Below, one piece after another: positions 7,426 through 17,401 of a DNA stretch of 22,208 nucleotides (positions within the stretch are counted from its first letter, which is position 1; every line of letters begins with the position of its first letter). The notes under the pieces are model-generated. The model worked only from the letters and a program-made list of their open reading frames with translations, was not told the DNA's origin and ran no database searches. Source of the stretch: Leptolyngbyaceae cyanobacterium (lineage in GTDB: Bacteria > Cyanobacteriota > Cyanobacteriia > Phormidesmidales > Phormidesmidaceae). The stretch covers positions 1 through 22,208 of the forward strand of contig JBHJHA010000033.1 of the NCBI GenBank assembly GCA_050331235.1, written 5' to 3'. A program made the position numbers and the translations under genes.

Positions 7426-8073
7426 TTACGCCTTGCTGTTCTCGATCGCCCAGCGCGCTAATTCCGTCCGGTTGTGCAACCCCGTTTTGCCCAGCATATT
7501 ACTGACATGACTCTCAATTGTGCGCTGACTAACCTGGAGCTCTTCAGCAATTTCTCGGTTGGCCATGCCTCGGGCGACAAACTGCACCACTTTGAGCTCC
7601 GTGGGCGTGAGTTCGACATCAAAGGGGACGGTGATAGTCGGTGTGGCTGACCCGCCCCGTGCCTGTTGGCGAATTAGACGAGACGCTTGTTTGAGGGAAG
7701 ATTCCACCTGAGCGACTAATTCTTCTGGTTCAAAGGGCTTGACCATATAAACGTCGGCTCCCGTGTTGAGACCCTTGACACGGTCTTGGCTTTGCCCCTT
7801 AGCTGACAGGAAAAGTACCGGAATCCACTCAGTTTCGGGGTTGCCCCGGACATGCTCGACAAAAGCGTAACCGTCCATTTCCGGCATCATCACGTCGCAA
7901 ATGATCATATCCGGGCTGTTGCCGTTGAGGATATCTAAGGCTTCGCGTCCGTTTTCGGCAGTAATAACGCTGTACCCCCGAAACTCTAAATAATCTTTGA
8001 CGAGCAAGATCAAGTTGGGATCATCATCGATGAGCAGTAAGGTTTTTTGATCCCCCGCAGTTCCGTCTTTCAT
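7426..8073 (-). CDS. rre1: NarL/LuxR-family response regulator (Ycf29/Rre1-like)
   Basis: Receiver domain (LLLIDDDPNLILLVKDYLEFRGY, DVMMPEMDG, KPF) plus LuxR HTH (LTPTELKVVQFVARGMANREIA). ATG at 8073 preferred as start. Confidence 0.9.
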   Translation of the reverse strand: MKDGTAGDQKTLLLIDDDPNLILLVKDYLEFRGYSVITAENGREALDILNGNSPDMIICDVMMPEMDGYAFVEHVRGNPETEWIPVLFLSAKGQSQDRVKGLNTGADVYMVKPFEPEELVAQVESSLKQASRLIRQQARGGSATPTITVPFDVELTPTELKVVQFVARGMANREIAEELQVSQRTIESHVSNMLGKTGLHNRTELARWAIENSKA

Positions 8074-8278
8074 GTTGACCTGCTTACGTAAAACTTTTGT
8101 CAATTTATCTCCCTACAGATTACCCATTCTTACGGAAACGGATACGTTCAGGCCGAAAAAATACTGATTTTTCTGGTTCTATGTAGTTTGATTACAGTCA
8201 CGACTCAGCAACCTTTTTGGATATAGCGGTGCGAGTCGTTTCTGGCTGTATGACTCGCCAGGATAGAGAAGCCTCATG

Positions 8279-8686
8279 CTAGCTTATGATCAAGGGTTGG
8301 ATGACGAGCATATAGTCTTGGACGATGCGGCCTTGCATCAAATGTTCTTGAATGATTCGCTCAAGAACCGGCGGAGTCGCGCTGTGATACCACACTCCTT
8401 CTGGATAAATCAGGAGAATCGGACCTTGTTGGCAAATCCTCAGGCAGTTGGCTTTAGTCCGAAAAATGCAGGTTGGGCGGTCTGCGGTTGGGCGATCAAG
8501 GTGCAGTTCTTTAAGCCGCTTTTTGAGATAGTTCCAGGCTTCTAGACTAGCTGCTTTGTCGCAGCACTTAGGTTTAGTTTGGTCCGCACACAAGAACAGA
8601 TGTCGATCAATTGCTGCGATATGCAGGGCGTCGACGGTAGTGGATAGTGCATCGACGTCTATGGCCGACTCTGGCGACTGAATCAT
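8279..8686 (-). CDS. Thioredoxin-like [2Fe-2S] ferredoxin
   Basis: [14 protein letters not shown]...[23 protein letters not shown]. Confidence 0.9.
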   Translation of the reverse strand: MIQSPESAIDVDALSTTVDALHIAAIDRHLFLCADQTKPKCCDKAASLEAWNYLKKRLKELHLDRPTADRPTCIFRTKANCLRICQQGPILLIYPEGVWYHSATPPVLERIIQEHLMQGRIVQDYMLVIQPLIIS

Positions 8687-8691
8687 ATCCG

Positions 8692-9072
8692 TTAAGACTC
8701 GACTGGCGTATCAACGGCTGAGACAGGCTCGGAGCCTGAGGTGTCTGACGCGGCCCCCTCAGCGGTAGTGGCGGCGGCCTCTGTAGTCGTGGCTCCTGAC
8801 TCAGCGGCGGCGTGAATGCGGCGAATTGGCAGGTTGGCAATCAGAGCTGTCATGCGATCGTCATTCTCCAAGGAAAACTCGAGTCCTTCAGTTTCGATTT
8901 CAACATAGCGAGAAACCACCTCTAAGATTTCTTGGCGCATTTTCTCTAGCATTTCGGGTGATAGGTCAGTGCGGTCGTGGGCTAAAACGAATTGCAACCG
9001 GCGCTTTACCGCTGAGCGGCTAGTTTCAGTGCGATCGCGTCTAAAGAGCCGATCTAACAATTCACTCAACAT
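8692..9072 (-). CDS. minE: Cell division topological specificity factor MinE
   Basis: [36 protein letters not shown]...LIANLPIRR, directly downstream of minD. ATG at 9072 preferred as start. Confidence 0.95.
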   Translation of the reverse strand: MLSELLDRLFRRDRTETSRSAVKRRLQFVLAHDRTDLSPEMLEKMRQEILEVVSRYVEIETEGLEFSLENDDRMTALIANLPIRRIHAAAESGATTTEAAATTAEGAASDTSGSEPVSAVDTPVES

Positions 9073-9114
9073 GGGGAACTCAACCAAAGACAGTGCGATA
9101 ATTCAGCGTCAACC

Positions 9115-9915
9115 TTAGCCTCGAAATAGTCGACGAAAGCGAGAAAACAGGTCGTCATGGGGGGCCGTAAGGTCCAGAAATGATACCTTTTCACCCAGAA
9201 TTCGGCGCGCAATGTTGGAAAAGGCGACCCCAGCCAGAGACAGTTTCTTTTCCAGCACCAAGGGTTCGCCTTTATTGGTTGATACAATAACTCGCTCATC
9301 GTCAGGAATCACACCCAATAGCGGAATCGCCAAAATGTCCTGCACATCTTGTACAGACATCATCTGTTCTTCTTGCACCATGGCGGGCTTGAGGCGGTTG
9401 ATGATGAGCCGCTTGGTCTTGACATCATTGGCTTCGAGGAGGCCGATAACACGGTCAGCATCACGGACGGCGGAGATTTCGGGCGTAGTGACAACGATAG
9501 CTTCCTTAGCGGCGGCGATCGCGTTCCTAAAGCCCCCTTCGATCCCCGCCGGGCAGTCAATAAATACAAAATCGTAGCCAGCAGCCGAGAGTTTTGAAAC
9601 CAGTGCTGACATTTGCTCCGGTGTAATCGCCTCTTTAGAACGATTTTGGGCCGCCGGCAGTAAAGCTAAATTCGGCTGGCGCTTATCTTTTACCAGGGCT
9701 TGCTCCAGGCGACAGTCGCCCGCCAGCACGTCTAAGGCAGTGTAGACAATGCGATTTTCGAGCCCTAAGAGCAGATCGAGGTTGCGGAGGCCAAAGTCGG
9801 CATCAATAACAGCAATCCGCTGCCCCTGTTGGGCGAGAGCCATACCTAAGTTGGCGGTGCAAGTTGTTTTGCCAACGCCGCCTTTACCAGATGTCAAAAC
9901 AACAACGCGGGTCAT
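9115..9915 (-). CDS. minD: Septum site-determining ATPase MinD
   Basis: TSGKGGVGKTT, DADFGLRNLDLLLGLENR, VTTPEISAVRDADR and a C-terminal amphipathic helix FSRFRRLF. Confidence 0.97.
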   Translation of the reverse strand: MTRVVVLTSGKGGVGKTTCTANLGMALAQQGQRIAVIDADFGLRNLDLLLGLENRIVYTALDVLAGDCRLEQALVKDKRQPNLALLPAAQNRSKEAITPEQMSALVSKLSAAGYDFVFIDCPAGIEGGFRNAIAAAKEAIVVTTPEISAVRDADRVIGLLEANDVKTKRLIINRLKPAMVQEEQMMSVQDVQDILAIPLLGVIPDDERVIVSTNKGEPLVLEKKLSLAGVAFSNIARRILGEKVSFLDLTAPHDDLFSRFRRLFRG

Positions 9916-10455
9916 AAAACGTCGAGGGGGATGTCTGCGAAAAGTCTACTACAAGCGAGTCAGTTGAGCCGGGGCTCAAGCAGAACTCAGTCTGATTGAT
10001 TATGCCTTACTGTGTCCGGATTACTAAACTCATTCGCCAATCTTCTGAGAAATGGCGCGCATAATTTCAGTTCTGCGAAATCGTGCCATCGATTGCAGTT
10101 TCCTGCTGTTGCTCCCCCCTAGCAACTTGCCCATTGGGCACAAGTCCGTCAAAGTGAGATGCCCAGTCAGAATTCTGACCGTCGATTGTAGCGGCTCACA
10201 AGGCAATATGCGGGATGTGTGATTCTGTGACGACTGGAGGGTTCGGTTCAAGCGGCTAGGGCGAATCGAGTGAAGAACCTAAGTTTTTGAACTCTACAGC
10301 GTAGTCATGAAAGGTTTGCCGCGCAAGCCGTTAAGCGATTTTTATGTCAAGGATAGCTTGGCGACGAGGGCATTTTCAGTGTTTCCCAATTGTTCAGCGG
10401 CACTCAGCAGAATCGGGCGGTCGGATCGATGGGAGCCAGTTTTTGAGACATGGGG

Positions 10456-10496
10456 GGGAACCTCTCTAACCGCGCCTCGGAGTTAGAGAGGTTCCC
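10456..10496 (-). terminator. Strong 15-bp stem-loop downstream of the transporter gene (terminator or 3' stabiliser)
   Basis: GGGAACCTCTCTAAC-N11-GTTAGAGAGGTTCCC. There is no U-tract, so it is atypical. Confidence 0.55.
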
Positions 10497-10523
10497 TGAT
10501 AGCCTTATTGGCTAAGCGCCCCT

Positions 10524-11348
10524 TCAGGTGGTGTCAGCATTGGGGGCATGACCACGAGCTGCAAAAGCTGATGACGCTAGCCATAAATATTTTGAAAGAC
10601 CATAGACCAGTGCATAAAAAGGTGCCGTATCCAGCAGGGCAGCGATGAGCTTAAAGGCGTAACCATAGGCGATGAACTGTAACAGCTGCGGCCAAACAGC
10701 CTGATCAGACTGCAGAGGTAAAGCCCCAGCCATGAAGTGTGTGATCAAAATAACGGCGGTGGTATCGACCAGCTGACTGAGCAGCGTGGAGCCGTTGTTT
10801 CTTAGCCATAGATATTTACCCTGGGTCAACGCCTTCCAAAAGTGAAATAGCTGCACATCAACAAACTGAGCAGTAAGATAGGCCCCCATAGAAGCAAAAA
10901 TCGTGCCAAAGGTCAGCGCGCGAATCTCAAAAAAAGTGGGCAGTCGCCCCGCTGCATCGCGCAGAATCTCACCGGTTGTTGGGTCAATCGGCTCTAATCC
11001 CGGCAGGACTCCGCCAAGCCAAACGATAAAAAATACCCAGCCATTCAGTAACAGCCCTACCCATACCAGTTGATTGGCTCGTCGCTGACCATAGAGCTCT
11101 GAAATCAAATCAGTGCAGAGAAACGTGAGGGGATAGGGCAGTGAACCTACAGCCACGGTCACATTAAGACCTTGATAGCTAAAGAGGGTGACGAAACGGC
11201 TGATGCCCAGGATATTCAGCATGCCCAGCGTGCCGAGAAAGAGTCCTGAAAGGATCAAAAAGACGAGCGATCGCCGCTCCTGAATATGCTCAGGAACCAC
11301 TGTGCCCGCGATCGTACTCTCTCGGTCTTGTTGTAAGCTCAATGCCAT
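10524..11348 (-). CDS. Queuosine precursor transporter (YhhQ/VUT family)
   Basis: YPLTFLCTDLISELYG, ASMGAYLTAQFVDV, LWLRNNGSTLLSQLVDT, ALLDTAP; multiple TM helices. Confidence 0.9.
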   Translation of the reverse strand: MALSLQQDRESTIAGTVVPEHIQERRSLVFLILSGLFLGTLGMLNILGISRFVTLFSYQGLNVTVAVGSLPYPLTFLCTDLISELYGQRRANQLVWVGLLLNGWVFFIVWLGGVLPGLEPIDPTTGEILRDAAGRLPTFFEIRALTFGTIFASMGAYLTAQFVDVQLFHFWKALTQGKYLWLRNNGSTLLSQLVDTTAVILITHFMAGALPLQSDQAVWPQLLQFIAYGYAFKLIAALLDTAPFYALVYGLSKYLWLASSAFAARGHAPNADTT

Positions 11349-11529
11349 CAGTTGCTCCGCTCAGCCACCGTTTACCCTAACCCATGGCTCTACCGGTGAC
11401 TTATCTATCATGCAATGATGGTTTTGACCGCGATCGCAGCGAATGCCAGAGAACTTAGACTCGGTCACGCTGGACAAAAACTAAGCCATAATACAGACAT
11501 TTGCGCAACCTGTATTGATAGCTGGAAAC

Positions 11530-12288
11530 ATGGTCGCCCAACTCACCAAGGTTCCGTCCCAGCCTGACAAATCTTTGACCGTAACGTGGGAACACCTCCC
11601 AGCTGATTACGTGTTGCCGGATGACCCTGTGGAGAATATTCAACAGCCTTCACTCGCTGCTGCTCTCACCGATGCTCTAGGCGAAGCAGGTTGGATACAG
11701 CCGCATATGCTGCTTGCCTCTAACTTCGGCTTGGTGGCTACGGTGGCTGGCAAAACCGTCGTCAAGGCACCCGACTGGCTATACGTACCTCGCGCCCATC
11801 CCATTTCAGAAGGCGTTGTTCGCCGTAGCTATACTCCCCATGTGGAGGGGACACCCGTCACCGTTGTCATGGAGTTTTTGTCTGAAACTGAAACGGGTGA
11901 ATATTCCATCCGCCCCGTTTTTCCCTATGGCAAGATGTTTTTCTATCAAAGCATCTTGCAAGTGCCAACTTACATTCTATTTGACCCAACTTCTGTGACG
12001 CTACAGGTGTTTCATTTGCAGGAAGCTGTTTACCAGGTGGCGGAGGCCAACGAGCAAGGTCGCTTCTGGCTCCCTGAGATGCAGCTGTTTTTAGGGATAT
12101 GGGAGGGCACTCGCCTCGGGACGACGGCCCACTGGCTACGCTGGTGGGATATGGACGATAATTTACTTCTATGGAGCAGCGAAAAGGCTGACCAAGAGCG
12201 GCAGAGAGCAGAACAAGAGCGGCAGCGGGCAGAGCAACTAGCGACAAAACTGCGCAAGTTGGGGATTGATCCTGATGCAGAGAACTGA
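11530..12288 (+). CDS. Uma2-family (DUF820) putative endonuclease
   Basis: LPDDPVENIQQP, KAPDWLYVP, VMEFLS, GKMFFY and a C-terminal QERQRAE coil ending LRKLGIDPD. ATG at 11530 preferred as start. Confidence 0.9.
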   Translation: MVAQLTKVPSQPDKSLTVTWEHLPADYVLPDDPVENIQQPSLAAALTDALGEAGWIQPHMLLASNFGLVATVAGKTVVKAPDWLYVPRAHPISEGVVRRSYTPHVEGTPVTVVMEFLSETETGEYSIRPVFPYGKMFFYQSILQVPTYILFDPTSVTLQVFHLQEAVYQVAEANEQGRFWLPEMQLFLGIWEGTRLGTTAHWLRWWDMDDNLLLWSSEKADQERQRAEQERQRAEQLATKLRKLGIDPDAEN

Positions 12289-12328
12289 CCGGTTAGATCT
12301 GCTGCCAACCATCTGCCTTGGGCAGCAC

Positions 12329-13024
12329 CTATTTGAGGGCTGTAGCTGCGACGGTAGGGGCTACCGTCTGTGGCAGATGACCAGTCTTGACGTAAATCAA
12401 GGCTCCAGAAGTGCTGAAGGGAGTATGTCGGCTGTCGTTGGGGTTGCGCAACCAAGTACCTTTGGGATAAGTGCCATATTCGTCCTCAAACACGCCATCT
12501 AGTACAAAGATTTCCTCGCCACCGAGATGACTGTGATGCTTGAATTGGGTTCCCGGCAACCACTTGACCAAGGCGACATTTTCTGACCCAAAGGAGTGTA
12601 GGGGCATCACTTCGAGTCCGTCCACGAGTCCGGGATACCAAGGTGCTGTCTTGGTATCGATCACTACTCGTTGCTGATCGTGGGCATGCATTTGCCAGAG
12701 TTTGACCAAGATGGTGGTCCCCCTTTGGCTGGAAGGTGTATGGGTCGAGCCGACTGGATTACGGATGTAGGTACCGGCGGTATAGTCGCCGTATTCATCG
12801 GAAAATGTCCCCTCAAGGACCAAAAATTCCTCGCCGCCGCCGTGGGTATGGGCTGAGAAGTGGCTATCAGGGGCATATCGCACTAGGGATGTGGCCCGGG
12901 CGACTTCTTCGCCATCGCGATCGAGCATGCGCCGCTGCACGCCGAACATAGGTGAGTCGAGCCAAGGCAAGTCCGGGGTATAAACGGTAGCGCGTTGGGT
13001 GAGGTCAGCGTGGATTTTCATCAT
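12329..13024 (-). CDS. ChrR-like tandem cupin protein
   Basis: Two repeats of H.H.GGEE..VL.G.F.DEYG.Y..GT..RNP..S.HTP.S. Confidence 0.9.
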   Translation of the reverse strand: MMKIHADLTQRATVYTPDLPWLDSPMFGVQRRMLDRDGEEVARATSLVRYAPDSHFSAHTHGGGEEFLVLEGTFSDEYGDYTAGTYIRNPVGSTHTPSSQRGTTILVKLWQMHAHDQQRVVIDTKTAPWYPGLVDGLEVMPLHSFGSENVALVKWLPGTQFKHHSHLGGEEIFVLDGVFEDEYGTYPKGTWLRNPNDSRHTPFSTSGALIYVKTGHLPQTVAPTVAATALK

Positions 13025-13223
13025 TAGGTGGCTTTGGAGGTGAGTAATTAAGAGACTTTGCAGAAAGTTAAATTAGGTAATCAACCTCGAGCTCGTTATG
13101 CCTGTGTTACTGGCTGTTGCGCTTCAGATCGAGTTTGGTCAAATCGGGCAGAGGTTCACTGGCTATTCACTCTTTTCATTTTGTTTCCTTGTCTTCCATC
13201 CATGAAAGATGTTTTGACAACTG

Positions 13224-14189
13224 CTATCTCCACGGACCCGTTTCGGCTAAGAATGGCGAAATTTCTGGTGTTGCCCAGCTGATTGGCAAGCTATCTTCAA
13301 TCCGGATTCCCTGCTCAGCGTGAAATTTGAAAAGGCGCTCGGCCCCAGCATATTGCTCAACCTCAGGATGCCCCTCCCAGAGAACCTCGGCGCGTCCGGT
13401 CAAGTAGAGCAAATCGCCCTGATCAAAGTCGACAAAAAGTAAACCCGCGCGGGGATTGAGCTCGATATTACCAAAGGTATTGAAATGGCAGTTGCCGGTA
13501 AAGTCAGGTACTGTGAGGGTGTTGCCGTCGATGCGCACAAAGCCTGACTTTCCTCCTCGGTGAGAAACGTCCACGCCTTTTGCGGCTCCGGCAGTGTCAT
13601 CTTGATAGGCAGTGGCAATAAAAAAGGTGTCGGCTCCAGCAATCATGGTCTGCTCTGATGCGCCCAGTGCTGTGAATGAGTGCAGCGGTTTAGCTGTCAT
13701 TGGATTGACTGTATCGAGGTCAAACTGACGAGCTTGGATATACTTTGGGCAGTTGCCAAAGGTTTGTCCGACTTGCACCTCGAAGCCCTCTGAGGCGACG
13801 GCTTTTACGATGCCATTGATGCGGTTGCGGCGGCGAGTATGTAGCTCGATGCCTAAAAAGCCAATGTCGCTCCCGACGGCAAGGGTGTCATTCAGCGGAT
13901 CGCCGAAGTACGGCTGGGCGGCAATATGGAGGGTGACATCGCTGGGGGTAGAAATAAATCCCGGTTCGCCGACCAAAATTGACGCCCATGGATTGCCTGC
14001 TGCATCCACAGTAGCTACAAGTAAGTAGGAAAGCTGGGCATAAAACTGACGATGCTGGTCGGGTAGAAAGTCACGGATCATCCGTCGACCTAGCGTTTCC
14101 ATACGATCGCGTGCCCCTAACTTTTCCTGAATAGCGCGTTCGCCTGAGTGAAAGGGGGATTCAGCTTTTTGCCAACCGGGAATTGCCAT
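13224..14189 (-). CDS. Pyridoxamine 5'-phosphate oxidase-family FMN-binding protein (two split-barrel domains)
   Basis: SPFHSGE, TRRRNRING, GNCPKYIQAR, DVSHRGGKSGFV, PDFTGNCHFNTFGN. ATG at 14189 preferred as start. Confidence 0.88.
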   Translation of the reverse strand: MAIPGWQKAESPFHSGERAIQEKLGARDRMETLGRRMIRDFLPDQHRQFYAQLSYLLVATVDAAGNPWASILVGEPGFISTPSDVTLHIAAQPYFGDPLNDTLAVGSDIGFLGIELHTRRRNRINGIVKAVASEGFEVQVGQTFGNCPKYIQARQFDLDTVNPMTAKPLHSFTALGASEQTMIAGADTFFIATAYQDDTAGAAKGVDVSHRGGKSGFVRIDGNTLTVPDFTGNCHFNTFGNIELNPRAGLLFVDFDQGDLLYLTGRAEVLWEGHPEVEQYAGAERLFKFHAEQGIRIEDSLPISWATPEISPFLAETGPWR

Positions 14190-14234
14190 GGGAAAAATCT
14201 CCAAAAGTGAAAGAAGCAGAGTCCAAGAACAGGG

Positions 14235-14834
14235 CTACGGCTGGGTCGAGAGTTGGGCTTCGAGTTTGGCGATGCGTTCCTGTAGGGGCGCAATTATCTG
14301 CAGGACTTCAGCTTCCGAGTATTTGTGAGGAATATGCTGCGGGCAGTTCCAGTCCCACGCTTCGACGTGAATGATGATCGCCCGCTGCGGCTCGGCGGGA
14401 TATCCCGGACTGTGAAGCTGTTCAAGCAGTTCAAGGCAGTCATATTCTACGGTGGCGCGGCCCCAAATTTTGAGCCGACGGCGATTAGCGTAATCCATCA
14501 GGAACAAGAAAACGCGATCGCTATCCGCCAGATTGCTAATGCTCAAATATTGGGCGTTCCCCCCAAAGTCAGCAAATCCGAGGGTTTGGTTATCCAGCAC
14601 CTTGAGAAAACCAATGGGGCCACCGCGAAACTGCACATAGGGCCAACCTTCAGAGTTGACAGTCCCCATATAAAATCCGTCCCGCGCTTGGATAAACTCG
14701 GCCATCGGCGGCGATAGAGTATTGTTTGCAGTACCGTGAGCTTCCATGCGTGCATAGGCTTGTCGTGAGCCATAGCGTGCTTGGGTGGCTTTGACTGTTG
14801 GCGTAAACGCAATTTCCGTGAATTTTGGCGCCAT
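14235..14834 (-). CDS. Pyridoxamine 5'-phosphate oxidase-family protein
   Basis: GWPYVQFRGGPIGFLKVLD, ADFGGNAQYLS, LFLMDYANRRRLKIWG, DWNCPQHI. Confidence 0.9.
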   Translation of the reverse strand: MAPKFTEIAFTPTVKATQARYGSRQAYARMEAHGTANNTLSPPMAEFIQARDGFYMGTVNSEGWPYVQFRGGPIGFLKVLDNQTLGFADFGGNAQYLSISNLADSDRVFLFLMDYANRRRLKIWGRATVEYDCLELLEQLHSPGYPAEPQRAIIIHVEAWDWNCPQHIPHKYSEAEVLQIIAPLQERIAKLEAQLSTQP

Positions 14835-14938
14835 GATTACCTTCTGTAGAACGAGATGATGACGGCGCAGGCAACGTGTGGTCTATCAGGGTTTGGCATG
14901 AGTGTTGCACCGTCAAGACCACACCTGCACCCGGCGGA

Positions 14939-15340
14939 TTACTTGACCGCCGCAGTCAACTCCATCCGAACGCCCCCTGGAATGTAAAACATCATGTGCT
15001 GGGTGGGGCCACTACCTAATAACTCGGGGGCAAATTCGATCTCTACTCCCTCAGTATTTTTGAGCTTTGTGTGAATCGCGTTGAGGGTTTCGACCCCATC
15101 AACCTTAAAGGCAAAGTGATGCAGGCCAATGTTGGTCTTGCGGTCAAAGGGCACAGCAGTTTTGGGCTCTGTCGCTTGCCACAGCGTTAGTAAGGTCGTG
15201 CCGTCAGAGAGGAAATAAGATGGGTAATCGGGCTTGCCGCCCACTTGTTGGAATTCCAGCACGTTGACGAAAAAGTCTCTGGTGGCATCAATGTTAGGAA
15301 CGGTCAACCCGAGATGGTGAGCGCCTTGGGTGATAGCCAT
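14939..15340 (-). CDS. VOC (glyoxalase/bleomycin resistance) family protein
   Basis: HHLGLTV, GLHHFAFKV, PGGVRMEL. ATG at 15340 has a GGAG RBS. Confidence 0.9.
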   Translation of the reverse strand: MAITQGAHHLGLTVPNIDATRDFFVNVLEFQQVGGKPDYPSYFLSDGTTLLTLWQATEPKTAVPFDRKTNIGLHHFAFKVDGVETLNAIHTKLKNTEGVEIEFAPELLGSGPTQHMMFYIPGGVRMELTAAVK

Positions 15341-15392
15341 GGTGAAAACTCCATAAATAAACTGAATCGAACGAGAACACGATCGCGATTCA

Positions 15393-15671
15393 TTAAGGGG
15401 CGATCGCGGTCGGCTGAGCCAACAACTCATCGAGTTGGCCAGTTTGCTCTAGGGCATACAGGTCATCGCTGCCGCCAATGTGCTGGTCATTGATGAAAAT
15501 CTGAGGAACAGATCGGCGACCCTGGGTCCCCCGAGCCGCCATGCGATCGCGGGCAGATTCATCCCCGTCGATGGCGTATTCGGTATAGGTAACCCCCTTA
15601 TCGTCGAGGAGCTGTTTGGCGCGCCGACAAAATGGACAAGTGCTCCAGGTGTAGAGTTCAACGTTAGCCAC
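15393..15671 (-). CDS. grxC: Glutaredoxin 3
   Basis: CPFC active site and SVPQIFI..HIGGSDDL. GTG start with an AGGAG RBS. Confidence 0.93.
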   Translation of the reverse strand: MANVELYTWSTCPFCRRAKQLLDDKGVTYTEYAIDGDESARDRMAARGTQGRRSVPQIFINDQHIGGSDDLYALEQTGQLDELLAQPTAIAP

Positions 15672-15716
15672 GGTAATTATCTCCTGAATAGGCGATGGGA
15701 CTGGAAAACAGCGAAG

Positions 15717-16700
15717 TTATGCCGAAACGGGCACTCGCCGAGTGCCTTCGGCTCGGCGGATATCGCGCCAAATTTGAGTCGCAGCGTTTGCGCCGTCAGC
15801 GGCGGCAATGACCACTTGATTCATGCCGACCTTGAGATCACCGACAGCGAAAATCCGGGGATGGGAAGTGCGGTTCATACTATCGGTGACTAAATTGCCA
15901 CCTTGATATGCCAAATCCAGACCTTGTAGATAATCGGCGTGATATTTTGAGCCCATGGAGATGAGACCCGCATCAAGGTTAACGATGGACCCATCCGCTA
16001 GCTCGACGCCGGACATTTGATGGTTGTTGCCAAGAAACTGGTGAATCGGCTGTTCGTTAAGGTGGTAACCAGCCTCGGCAAAGCGATCGCGCAGGGCTTG
16101 CCCGACTGCAAATGCGCCGTTAGTGAAAAGCGTGATATGGGGCGTAAACCAGCCTAAGGGAAACGCCACCTGCAAGCTGCTTTCACTGCTACCAAAGACG
16201 CCAACTCGGGCATCGCGCATTTCATAGCCGTCACAGATCAGACATACGTGCAGGTTATAGCCCGCATAGTCAAAGACATTTTTCATGTCGGCCAGTTGGG
16301 GCAGATGATCAATAATGCCGCTAGCCGCGATCAGATAGCGCGTGCGAAAAGTCTTGTAGATAGGATTTTTGCGACCGATGCGCACCTTCACTGCAAAAGT
16401 TTCCCCTTCGTCGACCACCGCTTCTACATAGGCGTTGAGATAGTCACCAGCAAGGGTAAGGTAGTGCTCTTTTCCCTGTTTGAGGACTTCGCGCCCCGGT
16501 GTCTCCGGCGGCAGACCTAAGTAATTGTGCAATTCCTGCATCCAAAGGGAGCGGGCTTTACCCTTATCGATGATGAGGGTGGAGAGCAGATAGCGCTGGA
16601 GATAGATGCCGGCAGAGAGACCTGCCGCCCCGCCGCCGACCACGAGCACATCGTAAACATGATCGATACGTTGATTCAGCGTTTGTTTAGTGAGTTGCAT
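15717..16700 (-). CDS. Thioredoxin reductase-like NAD(P)/FAD-dependent oxidoreductase
   Basis: GGGAAG FAD motif, CLICDGYE (CxxC) and IFAVGD. ATG at 16700 has a GGAGG RBS. Confidence 0.9.
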   Translation of the reverse strand: MQLTKQTLNQRIDHVYDVLVVGGGAAGLSAGIYLQRYLLSTLIIDKGKARSLWMQELHNYLGLPPETPGREVLKQGKEHYLTLAGDYLNAYVEAVVDEGETFAVKVRIGRKNPIYKTFRTRYLIAASGIIDHLPQLADMKNVFDYAGYNLHVCLICDGYEMRDARVGVFGSSESSLQVAFPLGWFTPHITLFTNGAFAVGQALRDRFAEAGYHLNEQPIHQFLGNNHQMSGVELADGSIVNLDAGLISMGSKYHADYLQGLDLAYQGGNLVTDSMNRTSHPRIFAVGDLKVGMNQVVIAAADGANAATQIWRDIRRAEGTRRVPVSA

Positions 16701-16736
16701 GGCAACCTCCAATTGAGTGTGTGGGGCCATAACTGA

Positions 16737-16782
16737 ACCGAATGATCGGTACAACTAAACTGTACCAATCATTCGGTATAAT
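16737..16782. promoter_or_regulatory. Double TetR operator in the divergent promoter, overlapping a TATAAT
   Basis: ACCGAATGATCGGTACA-N7-TGTACCAATCATTCGGT is a 16/17 inverted match and each half is itself near-palindromic. TATAAT at 16777-16782. Confidence 0.8.
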
Positions 16783-16810
16783 GTCAATGATTGAATTTGT
16801 AGTTGGTCAC

Positions 16811-17356
16811 ATGCCGAAGGAAACTTATGTGCCACGGTTGTTTGCGTTGTTTCAGCAATATGGATATGACGGCGCGACCCTTGCCAAAATTTCAGAAGCG
16901 ACTGGGCTTGGTAAGGCGAGCCTGTATCACCATTTCCCTGGCGGCAAGGATGAGATGGTGGTGTCAGTGCTGGGCTATTCCCAAAGCTGGCTTGAGGGCA
17001 ATGTGCTGCAAATTCTCCGAGGGGAGGGCACTCCAGCTATGCGCCTGCAAACCATGTGTGATCGCGTTAACGAGCTCTATGCCGGTGGCACTAGCCCTTG
17101 CTTATTAGCAATCTTGCAATCCGGTACGGGCCGCAGTACGTTCCACGCACAAATCAAGCTAACGTTACAAAACTGGATTGCCGCCATCGCGACCGTGTTG
17201 ACCGAGGCCGGCTTTGAGGCAGGCGAAGCCCGCCAGCGCGGGGAAGATGCGCTGATTGCCATTCAGGGAGCGTTAATGCTGTCTCAGGGGCTCGATGCCT
17301 CGGAAATTTTTCAGCGATCGCTACAAGCTCTGCCAAAAACGCTGCTGCAAGCTTGA
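16811..17356 (+). CDS. TetR/AcrR-family transcriptional regulator
   Basis: FQQYGYDGATLAKISEATGLGKASLYHHFPGGKDE HTH, divergent from the redox cluster. Confidence 0.93.
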   Translation: MPKETYVPRLFALFQQYGYDGATLAKISEATGLGKASLYHHFPGGKDEMVVSVLGYSQSWLEGNVLQILRGEGTPAMRLQTMCDRVNELYAGGTSPCLLAILQSGTGRSTFHAQIKLTLQNWIAAIATVLTEAGFEAGEARQRGEDALIAIQGALMLSQGLDASEIFQRSLQALPKTLLQA

Positions 17357-17401
17357 TGAATCGGCTGAATCGGTAATCTGGCGTTCACGCGATTGGATGC
17401 A

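Noticed and set aside
12190..12240. CAAGAGCGGCAG direct repeat
   Set aside because: It encodes the ordinary QERQRAE coil of Uma2 proteins.
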